This document shows positions 20,748-29,292 of a DNA stretch of 55,448 nt, one piece after another. Numbering within the stretch: position 1 is the first letter of the stretch; each line of letters opens with the position of its first letter. Source of the stretch: a virus (taxonomy: Duplodnaviria; Caudoviricetes). The notes beneath the pieces were generated by a model. The model made no database searches, was not told the DNA's origin, and was given only the letters and a program-made list of their open reading frames with translations. The translations under genes were made by a program, and so were the position numbers. Location: positions 1 through 55,448 of the IMG/VR virus record IMGVR_UViG_3300032284_000540. One strand, 5' to 3'.

Positions 20748-21188
20748 ATGTCATACAAAGGATTCTTTAAGCCCAGACACCCCGAGAAGTATAAGGGCAA
20801 TCCCATGCAGATCGTGTACAGGTCTCTGTGGGAATGCAAGTTTATGTCTTATCTAGACCAGCATCCGGACGTCATACTGTGGCAGTCCGAAGAGCTGGCG
20901 ATACCCTATAGATCACCAGTAGATGGAAAAATTCATCGATACTTTCCAGACTTCGTAGTAAAGAAGAGAGATAAGAACGGGACAGTAGCTACGATCATGG
21001 TAGAGATAAAGCCGGCTAAGCAGACTTCTCCTCCAAAGCATCCGGGAAAATTGACGCGCAGGTATATACAAGAAGTATACGAGTGGGGTAAGAACGAAGC
21101 CAAGTGGAAAGCTGCACAAGAGTTCTGTGCGGATCGTAAGTGGCAGTTCAAAATAATGACTGAAAAAGAGTTAGGTATCAAGTGGTAG
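20748..21188 (+). CDS. gp4: Head completion nuclease gp4 (TnsA-like)
   Basis: KYKGNP..IVYRSLWE, HRYFPDF, EIKP and N.AKWKAA motifs. Confidence 0.95.
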   Translation: MSYKGFFKPRHPEKYKGNPMQIVYRSLWECKFMSYLDQHPDVILWQSEELAIPYRSPVDGKIHRYFPDFVVKKRDKNGTVATIMVEIKPAKQTSPPKHPGKLTRRYIQEVYEWGKNEAKWKAAQEFCADRKWQFKIMTEKELGIKW

Positions 21189-21784
21189 CCTATATCTTTC
21201 AGACTTTGGCAGAAAAAGCTGCTAAGAACGAAGTACAAGCTTCAGGAGCCAAGAGCTGGTATCGCGCAGAATCCGCAAAGATAAAGCAGATCAATGAAAA
21301 TAAGCTTATAAACGACCCGAAGAACATCCGGACTAGGCTAGTGGTTCAAAATATAGGTCAGATGTTCATGTTTTTTTATGATCCCAAACTAAAACAGACG
21401 CTGCCGTACTACGATAGGTTTCCTCTCGTGTTTCCGGTAAAGCTGTATGGCGACGGGTTCTTAGGAATAAACTTGCACTATCTTCCTCAAAGACTCAGAG
21501 CAAATCTCATGGATGCTCTATATACTACTATAAATAATAAGAATAATGATCAGACGACGAGGCTAAGACTGACATATCAGATACTAGAATCATCTTCAAG
21601 GATGAGATATTTTAAGCCGTGTCTGAAGAGATACTTGAATATTCATGTACTCAAGAAATTTTTATACATAGATCCAGATAACTGGGATAAAGCATTAATG
21701 CTACCGACAGAAAGATTCGTCAAGAAGAGCAAGACTTACGTACAGAACGAAAGCGCCAGGACAATAAGAGAAAATGCCGTTTAA
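21182..21784 (+). CDS. gp2: DNA end protector protein gp2
   Basis: YDPKLKQTLPYYDRFPLV...FLGINLHYLP and PCLKRYL motifs. Confidence 0.95.
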   Translation: MVAYIFQTLAEKAAKNEVQASGAKSWYRAESAKIKQINENKLINDPKNIRTRLVVQNIGQMFMFFYDPKLKQTLPYYDRFPLVFPVKLYGDGFLGINLHYLPQRLRANLMDALYTTINNKNNDQTTRLRLTYQILESSSRMRYFKPCLKRYLNIHVLKKFLYIDPDNWDKALMLPTERFVKKSKTYVQNESARTIRENAV

Positions 21785-22457
21785 CATCAGCGAATACAAG
21801 CAGCATATCGGACAATTCGGAGCTCTTCCTACTAACAAGTTCTTCGTCAATATACCCATGCCTAGAGTCATGAGCAATGCGCAGATGCTCGTTAATAACA
21901 CCAGGATACCGCTGCCTACTCTAGGCAAGCTAATAGAATTTAGGGCTGAGTCAGTAAGAGCCCCCGGTGTAGCTATAGGATTGACACAGAACAACAGGTA
22001 CGGTATAGGCCCTATACAGAAGTATCCTAACAACGCCAACTTCACAGATACTTCTATAACTTTTCTTGCTGACACACAGAACATAGTCTGGTCTTTCTTC
22101 TACACGTGGCTAAATAATGTTTTCTCGTTCGAAGAGAAGACACCAAGAAACTACGGATCTGCTAGCAGCGGAAACTACTCTACTTACAGATCTAACTATA
22201 GAATGGACTACTCGGTTCCTATATTCATCTACATATACGACCAGACAGGAAACACATATACTACAGTCCAGCTCGCCGACGCGTTTCCTGTGAATATGAA
22301 CGACATAGACCTGTCTTGGGCAGAGACCAACCAGCTAATGAGAATAACTGTAACGTTTGCTTTCCGTGACTGGCAGATCATGAATACTACTCAGCAAGAT
22401 GCTTCGAGTCAAGCGGGAGTACCATATAGATTAGGCATTCCTTCGCATTCCGGCTAA
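21774..22457 (+). CDS. Tail tube initiator (gp54/gp19-like)
   Basis: Tube-fold C-terminus DAFPVNMNDIDLSW...ITVTFAFRDW; lies between gp2 and gp26. Confidence 0.75.
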   Translation: MPFNISEYKQHIGQFGALPTNKFFVNIPMPRVMSNAQMLVNNTRIPLPTLGKLIEFRAESVRAPGVAIGLTQNNRYGIGPIQKYPNNANFTDTSITFLADTQNIVWSFFYTWLNNVFSFEEKTPRNYGSASSGNYSTYRSNYRMDYSVPIFIYIYDQTGNTYTTVQLADAFPVNMNDIDLSWAETNQLMRITVTFAFRDWQIMNTTQQDASSQAGVPYRLGIPSHSG

Positions 22458-22490
22458 GAATCATTAAACAAAACTAATTGAGGTTTCGCT

Positions 22491-23201
22491 ATGACACTAC
22501 CTAAGATACAACACCCTACGTTTCGCCTAGAAGTTCCTTCTACTAAGAAGACTCTTTCTTTTAGACCCTTCTTAGTCAAAGAAGAGAAGATCCTTCTCAT
22601 GGCAAAAGCCAGTCAGGATCCGACCGACATCTTAACAGCTATCAAGCAGATCGTAAACAACTGCTGCATGGTAGATAACATCGACGTGAATAAGTTCACG
22701 ATATTCGACCTAGAGTACTTGTTCCTTAAGATCAGAGCTAACTCTGTCAGTAACATAGTAGAACTAAGCTTCCGAGATAACGAAGACGATAAGAGCTATG
22801 ACTTTAAAGTCGACTTGAATCAAGTCAAGATGAAGTATCCAGATGATATCGATAACAAGATAGCCATCGATGACAAGACCGGGATCATCATGAAATACCC
22901 GTCGGCCGAGATGTACGACGATAAGAACTTTCTTCAGTTAAAGGAAGACGCGCTATTCGAGCTTATCGTCAGGTGTATAGACAAGATCTATCAGGGCGAC
23001 AAGCTATTCGATCCTAAGACGCATAGCAAGGAAGAACTAGAGGCGTTCTTGGACAGCGTAGATACTAAGACTTTCGAGAAGATTCAAAACTTCCTCAATA
23101 ATGTTCCTAACATGGAGTACGTTATCTCATATAAGAACTCTATGGGAAACGACAGGAGAATCGAGCTTAAGTCTCTAACTGATTTTTTTACGTTGCGCTG
23201 A
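22491..23201 (+). CDS. gp26: Baseplate hub assembly protein gp26
   Basis: LPKI..P...FRPFLVKEEKILLMA and FDLEYLFLKIRA.SV motifs; ends L.DFF. Confidence 0.95.
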   Translation: MTLPKIQHPTFRLEVPSTKKTLSFRPFLVKEEKILLMAKASQDPTDILTAIKQIVNNCCMVDNIDVNKFTIFDLEYLFLKIRANSVSNIVELSFRDNEDDKSYDFKVDLNQVKMKYPDDIDNKIAIDDKTGIIMKYPSAEMYDDKNFLQLKEDALFELIVRCIDKIYQGDKLFDPKTHSKEELEAFLDSVDTKTFEKIQNFLNNVPNMEYVISYKNSMGNDRRIELKSLTDFFTLR

Positions 23202-23371
23202 GTCATAACACGCTAGAGAACTTTTATAAAGTTACTTTCGCGCTAGCTCAGCACCATAAATACTCGTTAAGTGACTTAGATAATCTTATGCCGTTCGAGC
23301 TTGACATATATGTCGATATGCTTCAGAAGTTTAATATAGAACAAGAAAAACGTAACAGAAGTACGGGTTAA
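23183..23371 (+). CDS. gp51: gp51-like baseplate hub assembly catalyst; no proper start codon, probably reached by -1 frameshift from gp26
   Basis: Manual translation: FFYVALSHNTLENFYKVTFALAQHHKYSLSDLDNLMPFELDIYVDMLQKFNIEQEKRNRSTG*. Contains the gp51 FAL.QHHKYSL...MP.E.DIY motif; its stop overlaps the next ATG (TAATG). Confidence 0.85.
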   Translation, partial: FFYVALSHNTLENFYKVTFALAQHHKYSLSDLDNLMPFELDIYVDMLQKFNIEQEKRNRSTG

Positions 23372-25947
23372 TGGCCGAACCAGTTCCAGAAGTCAAAGAC
23401 GTAAAACAAGATATTAAAAAGCCCGAAGATGGCATGAAAGCCATGGCTCGCGAAGCTGGCAATGGAACTACCGGCGGCGTGTCCAAGACTATGGACACAA
23501 TTATGAAGGCAGTAAAGTCTAACTCGACATCCCCGCGTAAGTACGAAGCTAAGACTAAGCCGGCTGGTCTACCAGAAACTGCTGCTCAAGAGATCAAAGA
23601 TACTGGGGCCGAAGTCAGAAGATTGTCCGCTTCTGTCGGGATGATCAACTACAATGTCAATAATATGTTGAACGTGGTTGAAAAGAATACTGGTCTCATG
23701 AACGTTATGATGACTCAGCTCGGCTCCATGGACTATAAGATAGATTCATTAGATAAAAAAATATCAAGTTCTGGAAGTTCTGGAAGTTCTGGAAGTGGAG
23801 GCTTAATAAGTGGCATAGTAGATGGATTAATTTCTGGATTAACTACTGAAGGGTTGCTAGGCACAGCTAGTACAGCGTTAGGAGCTGCTGGTGAATTAGC
23901 TGCTGGTACATTATTACCTATTGCTATGATAGCAGTAGGAGGGTATGGTGCTCATGAACTGTCAGAACAGGCTAAAGAAGAATTTGGCCAAGATTTTAGA
24001 GAAAAGTTACAGCCGATTCATAAAAGAGCGATGAAAGAAGGACTAACAGATATCGCTCCTCAGAACGCTGAACTACAAGAATTATTAGATAGACCGGATA
24101 AAGCACAGTTTGCAAAAGAACTCTTATCAGGAGAAATAGGATCTCCTAAAGATGTACAGAGATATGGAAAAGAAAATTTAGAAAAAATTGCTAGGGGAGA
24201 AGATTTAACTGTTAAACAGATGAGAACAGGCGGGCCCCAAGAATCTGCTGCAGTAACAAAAGCAAGAACTGAGATAGATGCGGCGCGAGTCAGGCCTCCA
24301 AAACCGACATCAGACGCTAGTAAAATAACTGGTGGCGGCGTAGGAGGAGCTGTAGGAGGAACGGATGACGACGTCTCTGGTATTAAACCATCTAAGAACG
24401 TAGACGGAAACACGAAACAAAAATTTGATACTATAGCAAAACAGGCTGCGGGTTTCGGCGATTCTATGGGAGGAATTATAACAGCGGCTCAATGGGCTCT
24501 AGAATCTGGATGGGGTAATAGTACTATAGCCAACACGTTAAATAACGAATTTGGTCAGACTGCTACTGCTTCTGAACCGGGAAAAACTTTTCCTGGAAAC
24601 TCTCTTAAATTCAAAGCTTATCAGACTAGAGAAGACGGTCGTAAAGAACACGTACAGCATTGGGCTTCAAAATATGCGAACGCTAAGACTCCGGCTGAAG
24701 CTATACAGATGCTTATAAAAGCTGGTTATAATTCAGAACCTGGCTATCTAAAAAATCTAAGTTCTGTTATTGCTAGTATGGGAATAGATGTCAATTCTCC
24801 GGTAGAAAAAGGAGCTTCTCAAGCAGGAACTGCGGCGGCGACTCCTACAGCCGGCCCAGACACTGCTACTCCGGAAACAACACCGTTAAAAGCTCCTCCA
24901 GCTCCCATGGGAGCTACGTCTGGAGCTATTCCTATACCAGCTGCAGCTGCAGCAACTCAAGCAGCGGCCGGTCCGGCTACTACTGCTCCGGATCCCGGTA
25001 CGTACGGTGTATCATCGCCTCCGGCCGGAGTAGCAAATCAGGCTGCTCTTAGTTCTCTTCCTAACGTGAAGATAGCTTCTGGAGTAAACGTAGATAAGCT
25101 AGACCCAGAATTTGCTAATAAGCTAGCAGCTGCTATACAAGAGTACGGACAACCAGTCGCTATAAACTCAGGATTTAGAGACGATAAGTATCAAGCAGAA
25201 TTGTGGGTAAGAAGTCATATACTAAGAGATCCTACAGTCATAGGAGCTGCTCCGCCGAAACAAGCTCAGAAAGTTACGATAAACGGCCGTACGTATGACG
25301 TGCCCGGCGGAGGCGGTGGTTCACTGCACAGTCAAGGAAAGGCCATCGATCTAAGTCCAGCACAAGCTCAAGACATGTCTAGGAAGGGAATCTTAAGAAA
25401 ACACGGTTTAGCTGCTCCGTTTAGCTGGGATCCTGTACATGTTCAGCTGGCCGGCGCTGGTGGAGGAGGCGACGCAGGAGCTCAACCGACAGGAGCGCCT
25501 GCTGCAGGAAGTATGAATATCTCCGGAGCCGGTGGAGTAGCGCCGGGAACTAGCTCGATATCGAACTTAGCCGCTAGTCCCAGAGGCTTCATGGGAGCTC
25601 CCGGGAGCCCCGCCATGATGGCTCAGGGCCCGTTGGGTATGGGTCTACCCAATCCTATAGGAGGTCTCAGGAGTCAGCTGGGAGCCGGTCCGTTAGGGCC
25701 GTTGATGAGCATGGTAGGATCCATGGGTAACATCGGCAATCTCATAGGTGGGCTAACGAGAGCCATCGGCGGTTCTGCTCAACAGAACAGAGGATACAGA
25801 GACGCGCCGAACCCGAACTTCGTTCCAGACAACTACTCGAGAAATCAAGTACCTACTGCAATGCCTAGCAGCAACCTTCTCAGAGAGCTGTTCGATCTTA
25901 ACGTCGGAGCTGGAATGAACCCTGCCGGATACGCGTTCGGTAGATAA
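23371..25947 (+). CDS. Tape-measure/hub (gp29-position) protein with glucosaminidase-like and M15 peptidase-like domains
   Basis: AAQWALESGWG...NNEFG...GY...PGY (GH73-like) and INSGFR...SLHSQGKAIDL...DPVHVQ (M15 Zn-peptidase-like); follows gp26/gp51. Confidence 0.75.
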   Translation: MAEPVPEVKDVKQDIKKPEDGMKAMAREAGNGTTGGVSKTMDTIMKAVKSNSTSPRKYEAKTKPAGLPETAAQEIKDTGAEVRRLSASVGMINYNVNNMLNVVEKNTGLMNVMMTQLGSMDYKIDSLDKKISSSGSSGSSGSGGLISGIVDGLISGLTTEGLLGTASTALGAAGELAAGTLLPIAMIAVGGYGAHELSEQAKEEFGQDFREKLQPIHKRAMKEGLTDIAPQNAELQELLDRPDKAQFAKELLSGEIGSPKDVQRYGKENLEKIARGEDLTVKQMRTGGPQESAAVTKARTEIDAARVRPPKPTSDASKITGGGVGGAVGGTDDDVSGIKPSKNVDGNTKQKFDTIAKQAAGFGDSMGGIITAAQWALESGWGNSTIANTLNNEFGQTATASEPGKTFPGNSLKFKAYQTREDGRKEHVQHWASKYANAKTPAEAIQMLIKAGYNSEPGYLKNLSSVIASMGIDVNSPVEKGASQAGTAAATPTAGPDTATPETTPLKAPPAPMGATSGAIPIPAAAAATQAAAGPATTAPDPGTYGVSSPPAGVANQAALSSLPNVKIASGVNVDKLDPEFANKLAAAIQEYGQPVAINSGFRDDKYQAELWVRSHILRDPTVIGAAPPKQAQKVTINGRTYDVPGGGGGSLHSQGKAIDLSPAQAQDMSRKGILRKHGLAAPFSWDPVHVQLAGAGGGGDAGAQPTGAPAAGSMNISGAGGVAPGTSSISNLAASPRGFMGAPGSPAMMAQGPLGMGLPNPIGGLRSQLGAGPLGPLMSMVGSMGNIGNLIGGLTRAIGGSAQQNRGYRDAPNPNFVPDNYSRNQVPTAMPSSNLLRELFDLNVGAGMNPAGYAFGR

Positions 25948-25976
25948 AAAAAAGGGAAGCCGAAGCTTCCCCTTTT
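25946..25976. terminator. Bidirectional intrinsic terminator with UUCG tetraloop
   Basis: GGGAAGC-CGAA-GCTTCCC stem (reads TTCG on minus) flanked by A8 and T4, between convergent genes. Confidence 0.9.
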
Positions 25977-25982
25977 AATTGC

Positions 25983-26864
25983 TTAGTCTCCAGCAAGTTT
26001 CTTAAAGAATTCCAATCCCTCGTCGTCTGAACTATCGAGAGACTCTGCAGCGGGCGCCGGCTTTTCTTTAAACTTAGGAGCCGGCCGAGAGTCCATCTCA
26101 GCAGCCGTTCGAGCCAGATCTTCTGCAGCGGGTGCAAGCACCCGCTGCAGCTTCTCCTTTAGCTCTTCATAAGTCTTGAAGTTCTCGGAAGAGAGGAACG
26201 GCTGAAGAGCATGCTCCTGCTTATAGATCTGTTCCATCTTCGAGTCTTCCTTGAAGAGCGGACCAGAAGTCATGAAAGCAGACTTGTCGTAGTTTCTATA
26301 ACCCTCTACGTTACGAATCTTCAGAGCCATGTTAGCTCCAGTCCAGAAGTCGAACGGATTCATAGGCTTCTCGTCAGGGAACTCGGGGTTCATCACTTCG
26401 TTGAGCTTATCGAAGATCTTCTTGCCGTACTTGAAGAGGAATACCTTACCCTCGTTCTCCGGCTTACCCTGATCAGTAACGACGTAGATGTTCGAGATGA
26501 AATGAAGGCGGCGCTTCTGCTTACGAGCTACGTCCTTATCGGACTCTACTCCAGAATTCCATAGAGACGAGTTGAGCTCCGAGACGGGATCTTTCTTACT
26601 GAGAGTAGTAAGTGAGTTCTCGATGTACCAAGAACCGCTCGGTCCCTGAAAGCCATGATCGAAGATGCGAACGAACGGAACGTCCTCGCCGTTCGGGGCT
26701 GGAAGAAACCGAATGACTGCGTAGCCGTTGCCAGCCTTGTCGACCGACGGTACCCAGAACCGTTCGTCGTTCTTTCGTTCCTGCTTTGTGTTGAGTTTGT
26801 TGAGCTCTTCAGTGAGCTTGCCGAGTGAAGACTCGGAATTACGCTTTAGTGTCTTGAAGTCCAT
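25983..26864 (-). CDS. gp32: Single-stranded DNA-binding protein gp32
   Basis: DERFW...DKAGNGYAVIRFLP, WYIENSLTT, FKYGKKIFDK and NYDKS motifs; acidic tail. Confidence 0.97.
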   Translation of the reverse strand: MDFKTLKRNSESSLGKLTEELNKLNTKQERKNDERFWVPSVDKAGNGYAVIRFLPAPNGEDVPFVRIFDHGFQGPSGSWYIENSLTTLSKKDPVSELNSSLWNSGVESDKDVARKQKRRLHFISNIYVVTDQGKPENEGKVFLFKYGKKIFDKLNEVMNPEFPDEKPMNPFDFWTGANMALKIRNVEGYRNYDKSAFMTSGPLFKEDSKMEQIYKQEHALQPFLSSENFKTYEELKEKLQRVLAPAAEDLARTAAEMDSRPAPKFKEKPAPAAESLDSSDDEGLEFFKKLAGD

Positions 26865-26865
26865 T

Positions 26866-26928
26866 GTATTCTCCGTATTGTTTGTATTAACAGTATTAGT
26901 GCAGGGACTCCCCGCGATATTATTTATG
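26866..26928 (-). promoter_or_regulatory. gp32 leader: late promoter, small hairpin and four AATAC repeats (putative translational operator)
   Basis: CATAAATA (26921-26928), hairpin GCGGGG-AGT-CCCTGC (26901-26915), then AATAC at exact 9-nt spacing. Confidence 0.6.
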
Positions 26929-27508
26929 CTCCCTTCCTGAATGTTTCGACTACTATTTTACTATATTTCTGATTATCTAGTTTTAAGAACGGAATATATT
27001 TCATTATCTTCTTTGATACGTGTTCCCACACCGGATCGTAGGACATACTCTTATCCCAATACTGCTTACAGCCAGACACTGTAACTAGTATAGCTAGAGT
27101 CTCTATACAGATCTCTTTACTTAAAAAGAGTCTTAACAGGTTAGGATGAGAGTTCTCTTTTATTAAGAGGTTATTGTCAAATGCCGGATCAAGTTTCTTT
27201 AGATCCTGCTTAAACACATAAGAAAGAGACTGTTTCTTCTTCATCCATTCTTGATATCGATTCTGCGCCGGCTCAGAATAAGCTAGTTCTTTTATCCAGG
27301 CTTTTTCGTTATCTATGAAGTTGGCTACAAGAAAACCGATAGGATCTTCTTTCTTAGAAAGTTTGGCAAAGAAGATCTTGTCTGGTCTAGCTTCGAAGCT
27401 GTCCCTAGAAGCCCTGATCTTGCCGTTATACTTAAAATAGTCGTAGCTCTCTGACGTGAAGTGCTTCTTCAGCGCCAAGTATAAGACGTAACACTCGTAG
27501 GGCGTCAT
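26924..27508 (-). CDS. gp59: Helicase loader gp59
   Basis: Y..YLALKKHFT...YDYFKYNGK and I..ETL.IL motifs. Confidence 0.93.
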   Translation of the reverse strand: MTPYECYVLYLALKKHFTSESYDYFKYNGKIRASRDSFEARPDKIFFAKLSKKEDPIGFLVANFIDNEKAWIKELAYSEPAQNRYQEWMKKKQSLSYVFKQDLKKLDPAFDNNLLIKENSHPNLLRLFLSKEICIETLAILVTVSGCKQYWDKSMSYDPVWEHVSKKIMKYIPFLKLDNQKYSKIVVETFRKGA

Positions 27509-27762
27509 ATTCTTTTATTAATCATGTTAATAAAGAAGCTTTTGATCTCTTGCTCGAAAAGTGCAGGTGCAAGAGTAATCTTACTAAGATATAGATTATA
27601 GACAGCCGTATTAAGCGCTTGGTATGAATATTCACTCTCTTCGATGTCGTCTAGATTATTTTCCAGACTATAGAGTTCGTCTTTCAGATAAGCTTTATCT
27701 CGTTCTAGCTCTTCGATGTATTCGACCAGCTCGTCGTAAGTCATGTCTAAACGTTTCATCAC
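27505..27762 (-). CDS. Hypothetical acidic coiled-coil protein
   Basis: Start/stop overlaps with both neighbours. Confidence 0.7.
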   Translation of the reverse strand: MMKRLDMTYDELVEYIEELERDKAYLKDELYSLENNLDDIEESEYSYQALNTAVYNLYLSKITLAPALFEQEIKSFFINMINKRI

Positions 27763-28223
27763 ACCCTTCCTTCTTCGATCATATGATTAATCATCCTAAT
27801 ATATAAGCCCAGTTCTCTTCCGTTAGCTTCTATCTCCCACGGATGATCCCAATAGTCTATCTTATCAAAGTTGTATTTCTTATTTTTCCATTTTACTATA
27901 TGTTTGTCTTTGAAGCTCATACGAACATATTCTCTACTTGCATATTGCTTAATATGAACTAGCTCATGAGCTATGGTCGATAAACATGGTCTAAAACCAA
28001 GCTTATTGTTTATCAACATCTTATAGCTATATTTGTATTCTATAGGATCGTAGTAGGGGCAATCACCCATCAGATCTGCAGGAAGATCTATGAACTCTAT
28101 GAGAATTTTAAGCTTCTTTCTAAGAGCTTTCTTGAATATCTTCTCCGAGTAATAGACTACGGCTTCTTCAACCAGCTTCTTCTTGAGCTTCCTTGGCGGC
28201 TTGCCTTTTACCGTCAACTTCAT
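27759..28223 (-). CDS. Putative zinc metallopeptidase (HExxH)
   Basis: HELVHIKQY...HPWEIEA; TATAAATA late promoter at 28250-28257. Confidence 0.75.
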   Translation of the reverse strand: MKLTVKGKPPRKLKKKLVEEAVVYYSEKIFKKALRKKLKILIEFIDLPADLMGDCPYYDPIEYKYSYKMLINNKLGFRPCLSTIAHELVHIKQYASREYVRMSFKDKHIVKWKNKKYNFDKIDYWDHPWEIEANGRELGLYIRMINHMIEEGRV

Positions 28224-28260
28224 ACTGGTCTCCGAGAGTTAGTCGGAGATATTTATACCC

Positions 28261-28485
28261 TTATACTGGAAGCCTGGCTCCCTTCTTACGGAGATAGTTT
28301 ATGCTCTCTGCTTCAGCCTTAATCTTAGACTTGAGAGTCTTGTTTCCTTTAATGATATGCGCTACGAGTTCTACTTCTATGGAACGAGCCTCGCACCAGT
28401 ACACGACCGCTTCCATCATCGATATATCGAGTGTTTTTCGTATCTCTTCTACGTCGAGAAGAAACTTGTTCTTGTTTATGTTCAT
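28261..28485 (-). CDS. gp33: Late transcription coactivator gp33
   Basis: EAVVYWCE...IEVE......LKSKIKAEAE.INYL...ARLPV. Confidence 0.88.
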   Translation of the reverse strand: MNINKNKFLLDVEEIRKTLDISMMEAVVYWCEARSIEVELVAHIIKGNKTLKSKIKAEAESINYLRKKGARLPV

Positions 28486-28500
28486 TGCTATTAACCTTTC

Positions 28501-28609
28501 AATCGGTTGGAACGATTATGATGCTCGCCTGCCATTGCGTCGGCCACGAATAGAAATCGGAAAAATATTCGTGTCCATCGTCCTCGTTACGTCCGATTAA
28601 CACCAACCG
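28501..28609. ncRNA. Candidate structured RNA element (multi-helix with pseudoknot), family not recognised
   Basis: Four nested inverted repeats plus a 7-bp loop-to-flank complementarity; see findings. Confidence 0.5.
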
Positions 28610-29108
28610 CCATATTATTTATTTCAACTACTTCATCAAACCCCTCGTCGAGGGCCGGTACTTCAAGATTGGCACGCATCTCATCCAATACCGACTGCGG
28701 AATACACTTGCCCGGGCGTGAGGCAAGGCGCCGCTTCCACTCAGTGTCATCAGGAACAGGAAAAAAGATCGCAATTTTTTTATACGTCTTAGGAAGCTGA
28801 GCCATCTTACGCGCGCGGCTCTTACGAGTTAGGTTGGTCTGATCTAGAACGATGTCAGAACGATTCTTAATGGCATTAGACATCTTCTGGTTTACGATCT
28901 TTTGGGCTTGATCAATGAAGAGTTTAAAGCCTTGATCATACGCAATTCCTTGAGAGGCGCACATCTTCTCGATCTCGGCATCAGTAGAGAGCGGAACACA
29001 GTCGACGAACGGAACATCTTGATAGTCGTTAGTCAACCATGTCGACTTACCGGTACCGGGAAGACCGACCAGCATTAAAAAAATTGGTATGTTATTACTC
29101 AGTTGCAT
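28587..29108 (-). CDS. P-loop kinase (AAA_33 / polynucleotide kinase-like)
   Basis: Walker A GLPGTGKST and DQTNL..KSR. Start moved to ATG 29108, which has GGAGA upstream. Confidence 0.85.
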   Translation of the reverse strand: MQLSNNIPIFLMLVGLPGTGKSTWLTNDYQDVPFVDCVPLSTDAEIEKMCASQGIAYDQGFKLFIDQAQKIVNQKMSNAIKNRSDIVLDQTNLTRKSRARKMAQLPKTYKKIAIFFPVPDDTEWKRRLASRPGKCIPQSVLDEMRANLEVPALDEGFDEVVEINNMAVGVNRT

Positions 29109-29214
29109 ATGCTTCTCTCCAACGATCGACGATATAGAAGTTCGGATTATCACGAACGATCTCTCGAACTTCATCGAGAGTAACATTCCTAGGGAACTCA
29201 TAGTGTATAGTCAT
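29095..29214 (-). pseudogene. 39-aa ORF, possibly a truncated RNA ligase (Rnl1-like) N-terminus
   Basis: MTIHYEFPRNVTLDEVREIVRDNPNFYIVDRWREAYATE*, directly after an early promoter and overlapping the kinase start. Confidence 0.4.
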
Positions 29215-29220
29215 GAGTAT

Positions 29221-29250
29221 ATAATACCACTCTCTAGCGTGAATGTAAAC
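29221..29250 (-). promoter_or_regulatory. Early (sigma70-type) promoter
   Basis: GTTTACA-N17-TATTAT. Confidence 0.8.
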
Positions 29251-29292
29251 AAATATTTTATGGCTCTTACGAGCTTTATAAAGTCAGTAGAC

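Noticed and set aside
23766-23796. AAGTTCTGG x3 tandem repeat
   Set aside because: It only encodes a Ser-Ser-Gly linker.
29109-29201. 31-aa N-terminal extension of the kinase in the ORF track
   Set aside because: There is a better start at 29108 with a Shine-Dalgarno, and the region is better explained by the 39-aa ORF in another frame.
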